The notes under the pieces were generated by a model. It was not told the origin of the DNA, did not search any database, and was given only the letters and a program-made list of their open reading frames with translations. From a virus (Duplodnaviria > Caudoviricetes), in IMG/VR virus record IMGVR_UViG_3300039308_000035: 61,081 bases of DNA; one strand, given 5' to 3'. Within the stretch, counting starts at the first letter, position 1; every line of letters begins with the position of its first letter. Positions 18,101-26,911 of this stretch are shown piece after piece. The position numbers were made by a program, and so were the translations under genes.

Positions 18101-21100
18101 TACATAGAAGCCCTTGCCATACATACCAACCTTGGTGCGATCGGGGTCAACGCCGTTTAGTAGAATATCTTTTGCGCCTGCCTCAGTTGTCGCATGGTAG
18201 AAGTAATCGGTCTCAGATGGAAATTCTCCATTCTCGTCTAATGCCTCATACGCCTGCTTCTTAGTAGACAGCCCCCGCAGTGGCTTTGTGCTCGGCTCAA
18301 TTTGTGCGATCGTCTGCAGCTCATCTAAAACTGCTTTGCGATAAGCCTCCAGCTTGCCAAAGGGCGGAAGGTCTGATGTAGCAATCTCCTGGAGTCGATC
18401 GCGGATCTGTTGCTCTGCCCCCCGACTAAAGCGGCGCTGCATCGATCGCATCCGCTCATACAGTTGTCGCTGTGTTTGCTTCAGCATGATTTCCTGCTGG
18501 CTCACCGGAATTTTGATGTCAGTCCCGGCTGGCAGTTGCAACGGTGGAACTTCACCCCGTAACAGTCCTTTGATCTGGCTCTCAACTCCCGGCAGCATCA
18601 ACAGCTCCTGATAGCCCTCCAGCAGTAAGGGCTCAGGAATTCCTTTGAGCAGTTTGGGGTCAAGTCTACCTGTGAGCAGTCCCAATGGTCCTTTGATTGC
18701 AGGCAGGGCCAGTAGCTCTTTCACTCCGGGCAGCAGCTTTGGATCAGGGATGCCTGCCAGCAGTCCCTTGATCTGGCTCTCAACTCCCGGCAGAGCCAGC
18801 AGTTCTTTCACTCCGGGCAAGAGGTTGGGCTGTGGAACGCCTCGCAACAGTCCGGCAATCTGTTCTCTTGCAGCAGGCAGCGCCAGCAACTCTGGCACTC
18901 CTTCAAGTAGCTTTGGATCAACTCCTCCAGGAAGTTGTAGATTCTCTTTTCTAGCTGCAAGAATTTTTTGCTTAATACCCTCTGGCAGCTTGTCGAGTTC
19001 ATCAACTCCGAGTAGCTGTAGCTGCGGGATGTATTCAACGAAGTCGTAGTCTTTCAGGTCTGGCTCTTGCGATCGTCGCTTCGGTGGCTGGAAGTCAGGC
19101 GATCGAACATCAAGCCAGTCATTTAGTTCTCGATAAAAGCTCTCGCTATTCAAGTAGCCATCGAGCCAGTGAGCATCAACATCCTGCAAGATTCGTGCAT
19201 TTTTGAGCGGAAAATTTAGGTAGGGGTCGCCCTTTCCAATCAAGGTGCGGTGCTCGTCTGCCGATAAATTGGTGAAGCCAAAATTCGGAGTTGCAACCTC
19301 TAAAACTTTGGCTGGAACTCCCATCTTCTTAAGGATTTCAGCCGCCTCTGATGCAACCATTCCACCCCCGGAATAGCCGATCAAGTTGATGGGTTTTCCA
19401 TGTGCTTTGTAATAGGCATAGGCTTGGGCTGCCATACGCACGGAAGACATATTTCGCCCTTTGACAAAGTATGTCTCTGCTGTGATCCGCCAACTCTCCA
19501 GCAAGTGGCGAATTGGTTCTTTCCTTAAATCAATGTCAGTGTCAAATTCTGGTGTTGGTGTTCCAATCACCAGATGGTTTTCCATAAATTCCTGAAAGAT
19601 GTCGGCATACTCAGCGGATACCTGCCCCTTTTGCCCTGCAAAACCGCCTGCAATAAACGTTACATAGTCCGTCTCGTCATCGGGCGCGAAGTCTTTTGCC
19701 ATGCGATCGTATTCTTTCGCCATCTCTCGCGCCATCTGTGCAGACTTCGCAAAACCCTCTTTATACTTGCCTTGTGGCGTATATTGGTCGCGCCATTCAT
19801 CCCAACGATCGGCTTCTCGCTTCAGCCAATCTTCTTCAGCAGGAGTCGAGACACTGCGAGGGCTTTTATCGCTCAACCAGGCTGCCAGCTCCTCTTTGAA
19901 GTCGTCTGACTCCATGTAGTCTTTGTGCCAATGCTCTTTGACACCGCTGACGGTGACGCGATTTTGGACTGGCAACGTGCCCACAATGTCACCATCACCC
20001 ACGAAGCCGCGCATCTCCGATCGTCCCAGGTCGGTGAAGCCAAAGTGTGGTGTGCCGATCGCTGCCGTTCGCACTGGAACACCCATTAACTTGAGAATTT
20101 CTTGCGCTTCACTAGCGACAAAGCCGCCCGCCGAATAGCCCACCAGATTTACAGGCTTTCCGGTCTTCCGGTAATAAGCTGCTGCCGTTGCCGCCATCTT
20201 CACCGCGTCCGGGTTTCTGCCCTCAACGATCGCCCGATTAATTAATCCTCCCCAGTTGGTTGAAATATGACCCACCGGATCTTCTGTAATCGACTTGGCG
20301 CGATCGGTGTCTGGAATCTCAAACCCAATTACTTTATGTCCTTTATCTTGTAGAAATTCTTTGTACAGCTCAGCGTGTTTTAGTCCTGATTTGCCCTGGC
20401 TGCCTCCGAATCCACCAGCGGCGAGCGTAATAAACTCGTCATCATCAGCAATATCTTCTAGATCCAGATCGGCAATCATCGCTTCAGCCATGCGAGCTGA
20501 GTCTTTAAATCCAGCCCGATAGCGCTGACGAGCGAGGTAATACGTCCCGACTCCAACCCCGACAAGCGCCGCGCCCACCAGCAGCGTCTTGAGCAGCTCA
20601 TCGCGTTGGCGATCGTCTTCAGCCTGTTGCTGTTGCCCTCTTAGGAGTAGCGTTGCGGCTAGTAGTCCACCAGCCCATTCCTGCCCTTTGCGCTCAACCT
20701 CTTTGTTGATGAAGCCATTTGTTGCTGTCCAGAGAGGGACTGCTGCAACAATACCTGCTGCCCTTTCAAATGACGTTGCCCCTGTCTCAAGGGTTTTACC
20801 CGTTTTATTAAAATCTGCCAGGGCAGTAGCAGCAAAGGCTTTTGTCCAGTCGTTCTTGCCCTGTTCCTCATGCTCTGGACTCCAAGGCATTGAAAAGCAA
20901 CGGCAGCGCGGGTGCAGCGGTGGCTTTGACTCACCTAACTTGTAGACCTGCATATTGCGAGCCAAGCAGGTTGGACAGGTCCGATCGTCTGCCGTAGCAA
21001 TTAGCTGAAAGTATTCATAGCCATAGTCTTTGAATGTTTGTTGCGCCGCGCCGTTGTTGGCATTTAAAACCTCAGTTCTGGCGATCGCCTCTGCCCTGCC

Positions 21101-21634
21101 CTTGGCTACTCCTAACTGCTGTCGCAGTTGGCTTGCCACCCGCATTGCACCCCAGCCCTGAATGATGCCCTGGGTAATGATAGTGCTGGCATTCTCTCGA
21201 AACTTCTGATCATGCTTCTTCAGCCGATCGATCGATTCTCTTGCTGCAATTGCTGCTGCTTCAATTGGGACAGTCGCGGTTGCCTTGACAAAATCATCGC
21301 CCTGCTGCAACTTCACCAGTTCTTCAGCCAGGGTCGAGCCTTCCTGAGAGGCAGTCTGTAAAAGCTTTTCGTAGCGATCGGTTAGTTCTTTCTCTCGCTC
21401 TGGATTAATGAGGATGAGCTGATCCTTGATTTGCCCCAGCAGTAGGACCGATCGCTGAGTACCCAGTAGTCCCGGCTTTGCATCTGCCGAATATTGAGGG
21501 TAGTTCCGCAGCAGGTCTTTCTCAAGCCGCAGATAAGAATTATCAAGCGATTTGTTCAATCGCTCAACCTCGCTATCCTCCAATCTTCGGAGAGTGCGAT
21601 CGGTTCGTTCCAGTAGTCGCAGGGCATCTTCCAT
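15155..21634 (-). CDS. Polyvalent MuF (phage minor head, gp7/F) protein: MuF domain, hydrophobic helices, 2 alpha/beta-hydrolases, repeats, ADP-ribosyltransferase-like domain, degenerate metallopeptidase, coiled coil
   Basis: IARTE...DDRTCPTC...PPLHPRCRC (MuF); GYSAGG and GYSGGG; YHATT...GKGFYVT; YGFDSPAADFADSVA. Confidence 0.85.
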   Translation of the reverse strand: MEDALRLLERTDRTLRRLEDSEVERLNKSLDNSYLRLEKDLLRNYPQYSADAKPGLLGTQRSVLLLGQIKDQLILINPEREKELTDRYEKLLQTASQEGSTLAEELVKLQQGDDFVKATATVPIEAAAIAARESIDRLKKHDQKFRENASTIITQGIIQGWGAMRVASQLRQQLGVAKGRAEAIARTEVLNANNGAAQQTFKDYGYEYFQLIATADDRTCPTCLARNMQVYKLGESKPPLHPRCRCFSMPWSPEHEEQGKNDWTKAFAATALADFNKTGKTLETGATSFERAAGIVAAVPLWTATNGFINKEVERKGQEWAGGLLAATLLLRGQQQQAEDDRQRDELLKTLLVGAALVGVGVGTYYLARQRYRAGFKDSARMAEAMIADLDLEDIADDDEFITLAAGGFGGSQGKSGLKHAELYKEFLQDKGHKVIGFEIPDTDRAKSITEDPVGHISTNWGGLINRAIVEGRNPDAVKMAATAAAYYRKTGKPVNLVGYSAGGFVASEAQEILKLMGVPVRTAAIGTPHFGFTDLGRSEMRGFVGDGDIVGTLPVQNRVTVSGVKEHWHKDYMESDDFKEELAAWLSDKSPRSVSTPAEEDWLKREADRWDEWRDQYTPQGKYKEGFAKSAQMAREMAKEYDRMAKDFAPDDETDYVTFIAGGFAGQKGQVSAEYADIFQEFMENHLVIGTPTPEFDTDIDLRKEPIRHLLESWRITAETYFVKGRNMSSVRMAAQAYAYYKAHGKPINLIGYSGGGMVASEAAEILKKMGVPAKVLEVATPNFGFTNLSADEHRTLIGKGDPYLNFPLKNARILQDVDAHWLDGYLNSESFYRELNDWLDVRSPDFQPPKRRSQEPDLKDYDFVEYIPQLQLLGVDELDKLPEGIKQKILAARKENLQLPGGVDPKLLEGVPELLALPAAREQIAGLLRGVPQPNLLPGVKELLALPGVESQIKGLLAGIPDPKLLPGVKELLALPAIKGPLGLLTGRLDPKLLKGIPEPLLLEGYQELLMLPGVESQIKGLLRGEVPPLQLPAGTDIKIPVSQQEIMLKQTQRQLYERMRSMQRRFSRGAEQQIRDRLQEIATSDLPPFGKLEAYRKAVLDELQTIAQIEPSTKPLRGLSTKKQAYEALDENGEFPSETDYFYHATTEAGAKDILLNGVDPDRTKVGMYGKGFYVTNDIEEARYFATLTQRTGNPVYLKMYVDIKNPKLFDDFDAYIEYFKLNREAVAKTKVPRKRNPDLDDKRRQFLKNQGYDAISVDGETILFDNSQAKIFDASDSTEFSQSIVPDIKAAISKESGRQTFNFMGLNWSVPELKPNSSSLDLIRKLVDLDLPDNLLQATKNIAIVKERSPSEEFWRKRLKLPVGPVPATINFEDASVTLHGGRGKVEDTLRQMAYLYAYQQWGQLDPPKGSLYAKAMEEGRPITTYGFDSPAADFADSVAQFFVDSKRLKKFNRARYEIIARMLNYRHPEEPLPPREPDTRSPEIISNLRNRNFDLTEQSKQQREQAETIAQQQRSPKKIQQAIGRINQPKIVVQAEDGISRSRAQEETINRIEGQVEELEQRSAQLLNPFNKPYFSEVPARIKETNRQLKAVDRELKDLEKIGTTAAKVRANLSELQQTLADLATRKESLKLSSQGQKITEAVNQLQQSASQAEQELAGLPQSPERSQALRELLRLRAAINAQQGGVSVADLHRQALQPRIQQIEALAESLGNLESRVKSSRSKLTDLQARLSRLPAKLDDLSDDQRARYNVIKSTRVAQGKLPQQVEQYREVRQQFTDRLAAQSQQTQQITDNYNSQKQNAINNVQAIVEDRLKEMSDRLQILTTLQPGSVAWLVDRRNWESDLPDDLAIVLAREPGKSRTERLERLAEKITTLVAQVKGGANLIEQRLQYPDQVKQQTLEQAQQQLQQWQQIRDALADEGRLSDRQLAQLLKDPSQIKAVDVMRYGNQLVTELEEFNRNFVQLLLNEEGVDPRSIIDQAELYRRAREAFTTETTQTRTAIAREIEDSLAVLDALQKRIERDRSEPTIYEVNGKARTAADIKAELDQARETIADLLKIKQVAAKVQATEEEEARQQQRQQVAQDYQQRQRRLQTLKDELAEVNLEIQKRREARERGQKRGIAVDRLEAQQRRIMKDIEQIAREHDRATNSGTD
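18530..18930 (-). repeat. About 29-aa (87-bp) degenerate tandem repeats inside the MuF gene
   Basis: Recurring PKLLPGVKELLALPGVESQIKGLL units. Confidence 0.75.
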
Positions 21635-21640
21635 GCCCTC

Positions 21641-21649
21641 AGAATTCCC
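21641..21649 (-). promoter_or_regulatory. J-box-like element GGGAATTCT
   Basis: Only 7 nt upstream of the MuF ATG. Confidence 0.45.
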
Positions 21650-21683
21650 GAAGCCCGATCTGCGGTTCAGCTTTGGGCGATCG

Positions 21684-21992
21684 TCAAACTTGAGGCTTAC
21701 CTGCCCATCGATCGAACTGACCCAACTGCACGTAGATCCAGCCCCGGAAGTTCGTAAGCAGCAACGCTTCGGACGGGCTTAGGCTTTCCGGTTGAACCAG
21801 GATAGTTTCCATCGTTGACTGAACCGCACTCTCTCCGGAATTCCGAGCTTCGAGGGAGGCATAGCCATCGAGTCGAACTGAGACGAGCATTGAGCCATCG
21901 ATCGGTGTTGTGTCGATCGTGATGTTGCCGACTCGCCAGTAGCCTGTATCGGTTGATAGCCCCGCAAATGCCACAACATCTTGAATTGCCAT
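21684..21992 (-). CDS. Small hypothetical protein, possible fibre chaperone
   Basis: 102 aa directly after the fibre-like gene. Confidence 0.5.
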   Translation of the reverse strand: MAIQDVVAFAGLSTDTGYWRVGNITIDTTPIDGSMLVSVRLDGYASLEARNSGESAVQSTMETILVQPESLSPSEALLLTNFRGWIYVQLGQFDRWAGKPQV

Positions 21993-21994
21993 AG

Positions 21995-23845
21995 TTATCC
22001 AATTACCTCTGTAAGTTCAACCCTTGCAACCCAATAGACCGTCTTGGATGCTTCCCCCTGGACTCTGATTCGCAGTGATCCGTTGGTCGTATCAGCGTCA
22101 ACAAGCACATCCCATGCAGCAGAGTCTTTAGCCAGAAGTGTTGTTGTGGTTGTGCCAACCAGTGCGGTCGATGCCGCTGTAGCGTTCCTGTCGATTACCC
22201 CGCGAACAATCCAAGCCGCAGACTCGTTATCAGCGTCAGTTCGTCGCGCAGCGATCGTGATTGAGAAGGCGATCGTCGAATCATTTTGCAGGACAATTCG
22301 CTGATCTCCAATAGCTGAGGCTTTAAGGATTTCAGTTAGAGTTGCATCTGTGGTTGATCCACGTAGAACTAATGCAGAGGTTTGGGCATCTCCAGCCGCC
22401 GCGATCTGCCCAGAGGCGTGAACTTGCTCTCCCGATCGACGGGAAACAGATTGATAGCCTGTGGCAATGGAAGCAACTGCTATTGAGTTGCAGTTGTTTG
22501 TGTGCCCGATCGCAACAGAGGAGACACCCGCTGCTGTGTTGTTCTGTCCTACTACAAAAGAGTAGTTACCAGATGCGACCTGTGTTGCAGACGATCGAAG
22601 GGACTGAAGATCTACTGCTCCTGTGCCTCTTGCGTTGCCACTGACCGAGCCAGACCCAACCCCAGTTGTCTGTATTGTGCCGGATATCAAAGCAGTGCCG
22701 ATCGTGGCATTGATCATGTTGACCGATCCGGTCGATCGGACAATCTGTAAAGGCTGATCAATGAACGTGCCTGCATCATCGTAGCGGTTAATGCCAAAGT
22801 TCGAGCCAGCGTTTGACCCGGTCTCTGCTGCATTCCCCTTAACGACCCTCCAGCGATCGACTGCCCCTGTTTGAAAGATAATTGGCGCAACCACTCCTGC
22901 CGCAGTATTGACCGTTAGCAAAGGATTGGAGTTAGTTAGTGCATAAGTGCCGCTGGCATCAGGTTGGGCGATTACTCTATCTGCGGTTGGGGATGAGGTG
23001 ACGGTAGTTTTGTAATTCCCCAGAAAAATCAGCGACTTAGTTGAGTTGAGGGCATCACCAACAGAAAAGGTATTTTTGTTTGTGCCCATCGAACGAGTAA
23101 TCACCGTCCTTGGATCAACTAGCAGAACCCCGTTAGAGGCATGGCTTTTCAGGACAATTCCAACCCTCTGAGTTTCATTTGGCAAAGCTGGGGCAGTCGC
23201 CTGAAATGTGCCGGGAACCATTCCTAAGAGTGCAACGCTACCTTCAGCAATTCCAGAAGATGCAGTATCAATTCCTTCTAGCTTGCCTGTGGTCAAAATA
23301 ATGCCGACAGAGTTGTTGGCGATATCAAAAGCACAAGCACCGATCGCAGGCACAGTAAGCGCAGTGGCTTGATATGCTGCACAAGCTTTGCCCACCGTTG
23401 GAATAATGCCAGTACCAGCAAAAGACCCTGTGATGTAAACGATCGTCCCTTTTGTTAATATGCCTCCTGAGCTATTGCGAACAAATCGGTAGGAATCACT
23501 CCCAATCCTGAATTGAAACCCGTTTGCGATTAAATAATTTAATGCAGGAAAGCCGCTCTCGTCTGCTGCATACAGCTTGATTTGATCTGCCAATGGAGCA
23601 GTAACAGAAGTTTTCTCAGGCAGGGTGATAGTTGAACGATCGGCATAAGCTCCCGATGCGCTGGCAAAGTAATAACCTTCCATTCCAGCAGGAACCGAAC
23701 TATATCCAGTTCCTTGCAAGCTTGGGTGGATCGTCCCTGTGCCGGATGTTGCAACAATTTTGTCAGCGTCAGCTACACCGCTAGAAGATGCGATCGCAAC
23801 CAAACGCTGAAAAATATTGTTAACAAAGCTGAAATAGGTTGCCAT
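21995..23845 (-). CDS. Fibre/adhesin-like virion protein
   Basis: 616 aa, Gly/Ser/Thr-rich; decoration-like module, GSNFGINRYDDAGTFID fibre motif, YadA-head-like ASGNYSFVVGQNNTA repeats. Confidence 0.65.
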   Translation of the reverse strand: MATYFSFVNNIFQRLVAIASSSGVADADKIVATSGTGTIHPSLQGTGYSSVPAGMEGYYFASASGAYADRSTITLPEKTSVTAPLADQIKLYAADESGFPALNYLIANGFQFRIGSDSYRFVRNSSGGILTKGTIVYITGSFAGTGIIPTVGKACAAYQATALTVPAIGACAFDIANNSVGIILTTGKLEGIDTASSGIAEGSVALLGMVPGTFQATAPALPNETQRVGIVLKSHASNGVLLVDPRTVITRSMGTNKNTFSVGDALNSTKSLIFLGNYKTTVTSSPTADRVIAQPDASGTYALTNSNPLLTVNTAAGVVAPIIFQTGAVDRWRVVKGNAAETGSNAGSNFGINRYDDAGTFIDQPLQIVRSTGSVNMINATIGTALISGTIQTTGVGSGSVSGNARGTGAVDLQSLRSSATQVASGNYSFVVGQNNTAAGVSSVAIGHTNNCNSIAVASIATGYQSVSRRSGEQVHASGQIAAAGDAQTSALVLRGSTTDATLTEILKASAIGDQRIVLQNDSTIAFSITIAARRTDADNESAAWIVRGVIDRNATAASTALVGTTTTTLLAKDSAAWDVLVDADTTNGSLRIRVQGEASKTVYWVARVELTEVIG

Positions 23846-24327
23846 TACAATCCGATCGGTTGCCCGATAGATAGGTCAAAAATGGTTGTGCTCAGTGCCT
23901 TACCAATGCGAATCACATACTGCCCTGATGTGGTGGGAGCTGTGACTGTCATCTGCCCTGCTGTTGTCGCGGAAAGGTAGTAAACTGCGCCTGCGGTTAA
24001 TCCGCCTGTGCCGCCTGTCACTGCATCCCACTGGGTTGTAGTTGCTGTAATTTGTCCGTCTGTCTGAATCGAAGCAGAGCCAGCAGCAGCAACCGAAACA
24101 TCCTTGACAATGCCGAGAATGTCCATTGTGCCTAGTGCGTTTGCTTGAGCCTTTTTAACGGTGTTAGCCGCCGAAACATAAACCGGAGCGCCAATGACGA
24201 TCGAGGAGCTTTCGCCATTGGTCATGCTGACCTGATCGACTTCTGCCAGCGTTGCGTCAAGGGTGTCAGTTGAGGAGATCTGCTGAGGCAGACCATTAAT
24301 CATGACGAGGGGTTTGCGAAGTGCCAT
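23845..24327 (-). CDS. Capsid decoration/cement-like protein
   Basis: MALRKPLV...GAPVYVSAA...LTAGAVYYLS...APTTSGQYVIRIGKALS; ATG at 24327. Confidence 0.6.
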   Translation of the reverse strand: MALRKPLVMINGLPQQISSTDTLDATLAEVDQVSMTNGESSSIVIGAPVYVSAANTVKKAQANALGTMDILGIVKDVSVAAAGSASIQTDGQITATTTQWDAVTGGTGGLTAGAVYYLSATTAGQMTVTAPTTSGQYVIRIGKALSTTIFDLSIGQPIGL

Positions 24328-24331
24328 GGGT

Positions 24332-25162
24332 TTAAAGCAGGATAGGTGTTTGTATTTCGATCGAAAGCTTTGTTGTAGATAGGGCAGTGCCAACCAGGAC
24401 AACTAGCTGCCCTTCGGTGGTTGGGGCGATCGGCGTGAGCTTGCCGGGTATGGGAGACAAGAAATAATGCTGTCCCGGTGTCAGGGTTGAGCTGCCAATA
24501 ACTGCTGTCCAGTTCGATAACTCCAGCACAGAATCAGGGCTGTGACTGACGCTCAAAGAGGCACTAGCTGAAGAAACAGCGAGTCCGCAAACATATGCTG
24601 TGGCGATCGAGGAAGCTGAAGCCAGATCGACGTGTCCGTTCGACTTGACGTAGAGCGGCTGCCCTACAACGACCGTTGCATCCGTTTCTGCCGATTGATA
24701 ATCCGTGCCGCTGCCCGAATCTGGGGTGGGAGTTGGTGGGGCAGGAGTCCATGTCTCTCCGTTCACTGCAAACGAAGAAACTACAAACCATCCCCGAATT
24801 TCATCCCCTGTCGATTCTTCATATCCCCAAGGCGATCGCGAGACTGGTTCAATCAAGAACTGCCCTGCCTTACCGTCCCAGATCGCTTCGCATTCAGAAG
24901 CAGGTGTGCAAACGGAGGGCAGTTCTAGGGGATTGGCTTGCCCGGAATCTACAACGAACCCTTCCAGATAAATTGCTGTACCGTCCACACCTGGTCGGCT
25001 TGTGGTTTCAGGAGGTTTGGCTTTGTCCAGCATCGCCGTCACTTGAACGATCGCATCAGTCGGACGCAGGTTGCCTCTACTGTCTGGAGTCAATGCACCA
25101 GCGCCGGCGACTTTGAACTTTAAAGTGGCATTAACGAAATCAGCAAAAGGTGAGTCACTCAT
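24332..25162 (-). CDS. Head-closure-like N-terminus fused to a decoration-like C-terminal domain
   Basis: Pro linker (PAPPTPTPD) then GQPLYV...LTPGQHYFLS...GTALSTT, paralogous to the next gene. Confidence 0.55.
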   Translation of the reverse strand: MSDSPFADFVNATLKFKVAGAGALTPDSRGNLRPTDAIVQVTAMLDKAKPPETTSRPGVDGTAIYLEGFVVDSGQANPLELPSVCTPASECEAIWDGKAGQFLIEPVSRSPWGYEESTGDEIRGWFVVSSFAVNGETWTPAPPTPTPDSGSGTDYQSAETDATVVVGQPLYVKSNGHVDLASASSIATAYVCGLAVSSASASLSVSHSPDSVLELSNWTAVIGSSTLTPGQHYFLSPIPGKLTPIAPTTEGQLVVLVGTALSTTKLSIEIQTPILL

Positions 25163-25533
25163 GGCAGAGGTCGGGTTGCTTGAGTTTGAGTGCTAAACCG
25201 CTGGGTGGACTTACTGACTGCGATCGCCTCAAACCCATCTGGAATTGTGAGCTGCTTCGCCTGGTCATAGCCAAGCTGAAGCTTTAGGAGAGAAGCGATC
25301 GGGGTAGTAAGCCCAGTGAACTTCACTCCTTTCGCTTCACTGATTTGCTGCTTCGATTGGTTCTGCTCAAGGTAGAGGGCGGCTACCAGAAACGGACGAT
25401 AGTGAGTTGTCTCACTAGAATCCTTGCCTGCTGATAGCTCTAGCAGTTCTGTCAGGTAAGCATCATCTGCCGAAGTTGCCTTCGATCGCTCTTTGCAGCG
25501 TGCCAATGAAGCAGCCAGGTCAGTGTAGGTCAT
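25159..25533 (-). CDS. Putative head-tail adaptor
   Basis: 124 aa, helical, two genes after the major capsid. Confidence 0.55.
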   Translation of the reverse strand: MTYTDLAASLARCKERSKATSADDAYLTELLELSAGKDSSETTHYRPFLVAALYLEQNQSKQQISEAKGVKFTGLTTPIASLLKLQLGYDQAKQLTIPDGFEAIAVSKSTQRFSTQTQATRPLP

Positions 25534-25715
25534 GGACTCTTTTGCCGTTTAGCAGGTTTTGGGGCAGTGGTCGGTAGGGGTGGCAGTGGCTCGGTTGGTT
25601 CATCAGCCGATGATTCCAGTCCCAAGGCGATCGCTAGACCATCAGGAATCTGACGATCGCCTGCCTGATACAACTTCCCCCGCCAACTGATATCTCGTTC
25701 CAGGTGAGCGTTCAT
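25530..25715 (-). CDS. Small post-capsid protein
   Basis: 61 aa, WRGKLYQAGD motif, immediately after the capsid gene. Confidence 0.55.
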   Translation of the reverse strand: MNAHLERDISWRGKLYQAGDRQIPDGLAIALGLESSADEPTEPLPPLPTTAPKPAKRQKSP

Positions 25716-25718
25716 GGC

Positions 25719-26864
25719 TTAGGGCGTGGGTTCAGGGATTTCAAGAACTGCGATCGCTTCAGGGTGAAGGATTACGGGCAAGCCCATCTGAATAGCCTCT
25801 GCATAGAAGCCACCGGGATAGAGATTGCGCTCTTCCACGTTGGTCACCCGACCAGGCTGGAACTTGCCAGCGGGTGTGCCAATGCCGAAATAGCCCAGCG
25901 TGTTTTGCAGTTCCAATACGCCGCGATCGCCCAAATCAACAGGTTGAGTTCTGCCAGTTGAGCAGATAAATACCAACTTGTTGTCAGGGACAAACAGCTT
26001 CTCGCCATTAGCGCGAGTATGGTAGGTCTTGCGGTACATCTCGATCGGTGGGATGCCTTCTTCATTGAGATAGGCATTGATTTGAGCCTGAGTTGCCCGC
26101 CCAGGCTGAGCTTCGATTTGTCCAGCAGTGGAAATGGTGATGCGGCTGGTTCTCTCCCGAACAACTGGGTTCTTGCCCAGTACAGAAGGAATTTTGCGCC
26201 CACCTGTCAGGATGCGGTTGACCTTGTAGCCCTTCTTATCAAGCAGATCAACAACAGCAAAGATGTCTTCAAACGGGTCATAGCTGGTGTCAGTTTCATA
26301 CCAGCCAGTGGGGTTGGCTACTGTACCAGAAGGAACGGTCGATCGATGTCCAGCAGGGTCAGGATATTCAACGGTTTCACTGTAACCATTGCTTCCCATA
26401 CGAATGACTTCAGCATCAATGATGGCATCCCAGCGATACTTCTCATTTAGGTCGAGGTGTGGACGTAGGATGTGATAGTCCATCCATCGCATAGCAGCCA
26501 TAATTGCTTCGCGGCTTGCTTTACGGTTCAGCAGCTTCATCAGGTTGCTGTAGTCTTGAGCCGTCACCTGGTCTGCTTGGTCTGTCTTGCCCAGCTCCAC
26601 GTTGAAGGTGCCGATCAATTCGCCAGAGCTGTTGAGCTGAGCAGGCGAATAGTAAGAACCAGCGTTGGCAACGAAACTCCGATATTTAATCTGAGTTTCC
26701 TTGTACATATTCTCATCCTGGTTCTGCTCAGCCAGCAGCCGTGCCCCTTCATAAGGTTCTTCGGTTGTACCAAACTGAGCAGCCGGGTTGTTCATCAATT
26801 CATCTAAATCACCAGACTCTTCAATCTCGTCCAGCAACTCAGTGAGGGTTGCAATATCAGTCAT
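25719..26864 (-). CDS. Major capsid protein (lambda E-like)
   Basis: 381 aa after scaffold and decoration; W...DPFEDI, FVPDNKLVF, GLPVILHPEAI motifs. Confidence 0.85.
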   Translation of the reverse strand: MTDIATLTELLDEIEESGDLDELMNNPAAQFGTTEEPYEGARLLAEQNQDENMYKETQIKYRSFVANAGSYYSPAQLNSSGELIGTFNVELGKTDQADQVTAQDYSNLMKLLNRKASREAIMAAMRWMDYHILRPHLDLNEKYRWDAIIDAEVIRMGSNGYSETVEYPDPAGHRSTVPSGTVANPTGWYETDTSYDPFEDIFAVVDLLDKKGYKVNRILTGGRKIPSVLGKNPVVRERTSRITISTAGQIEAQPGRATQAQINAYLNEEGIPPIEMYRKTYHTRANGEKLFVPDNKLVFICSTGRTQPVDLGDRGVLELQNTLGYFGIGTPAGKFQPGRVTNVEERNLYPGGFYAEAIQMGLPVILHPEAIAVLEIPEPTP

Positions 26865-26911
26865 TTTCTTAATTCCTTAATTCTGATTGCTTCAGCTAGA
26901 GTTGCTAGTGG

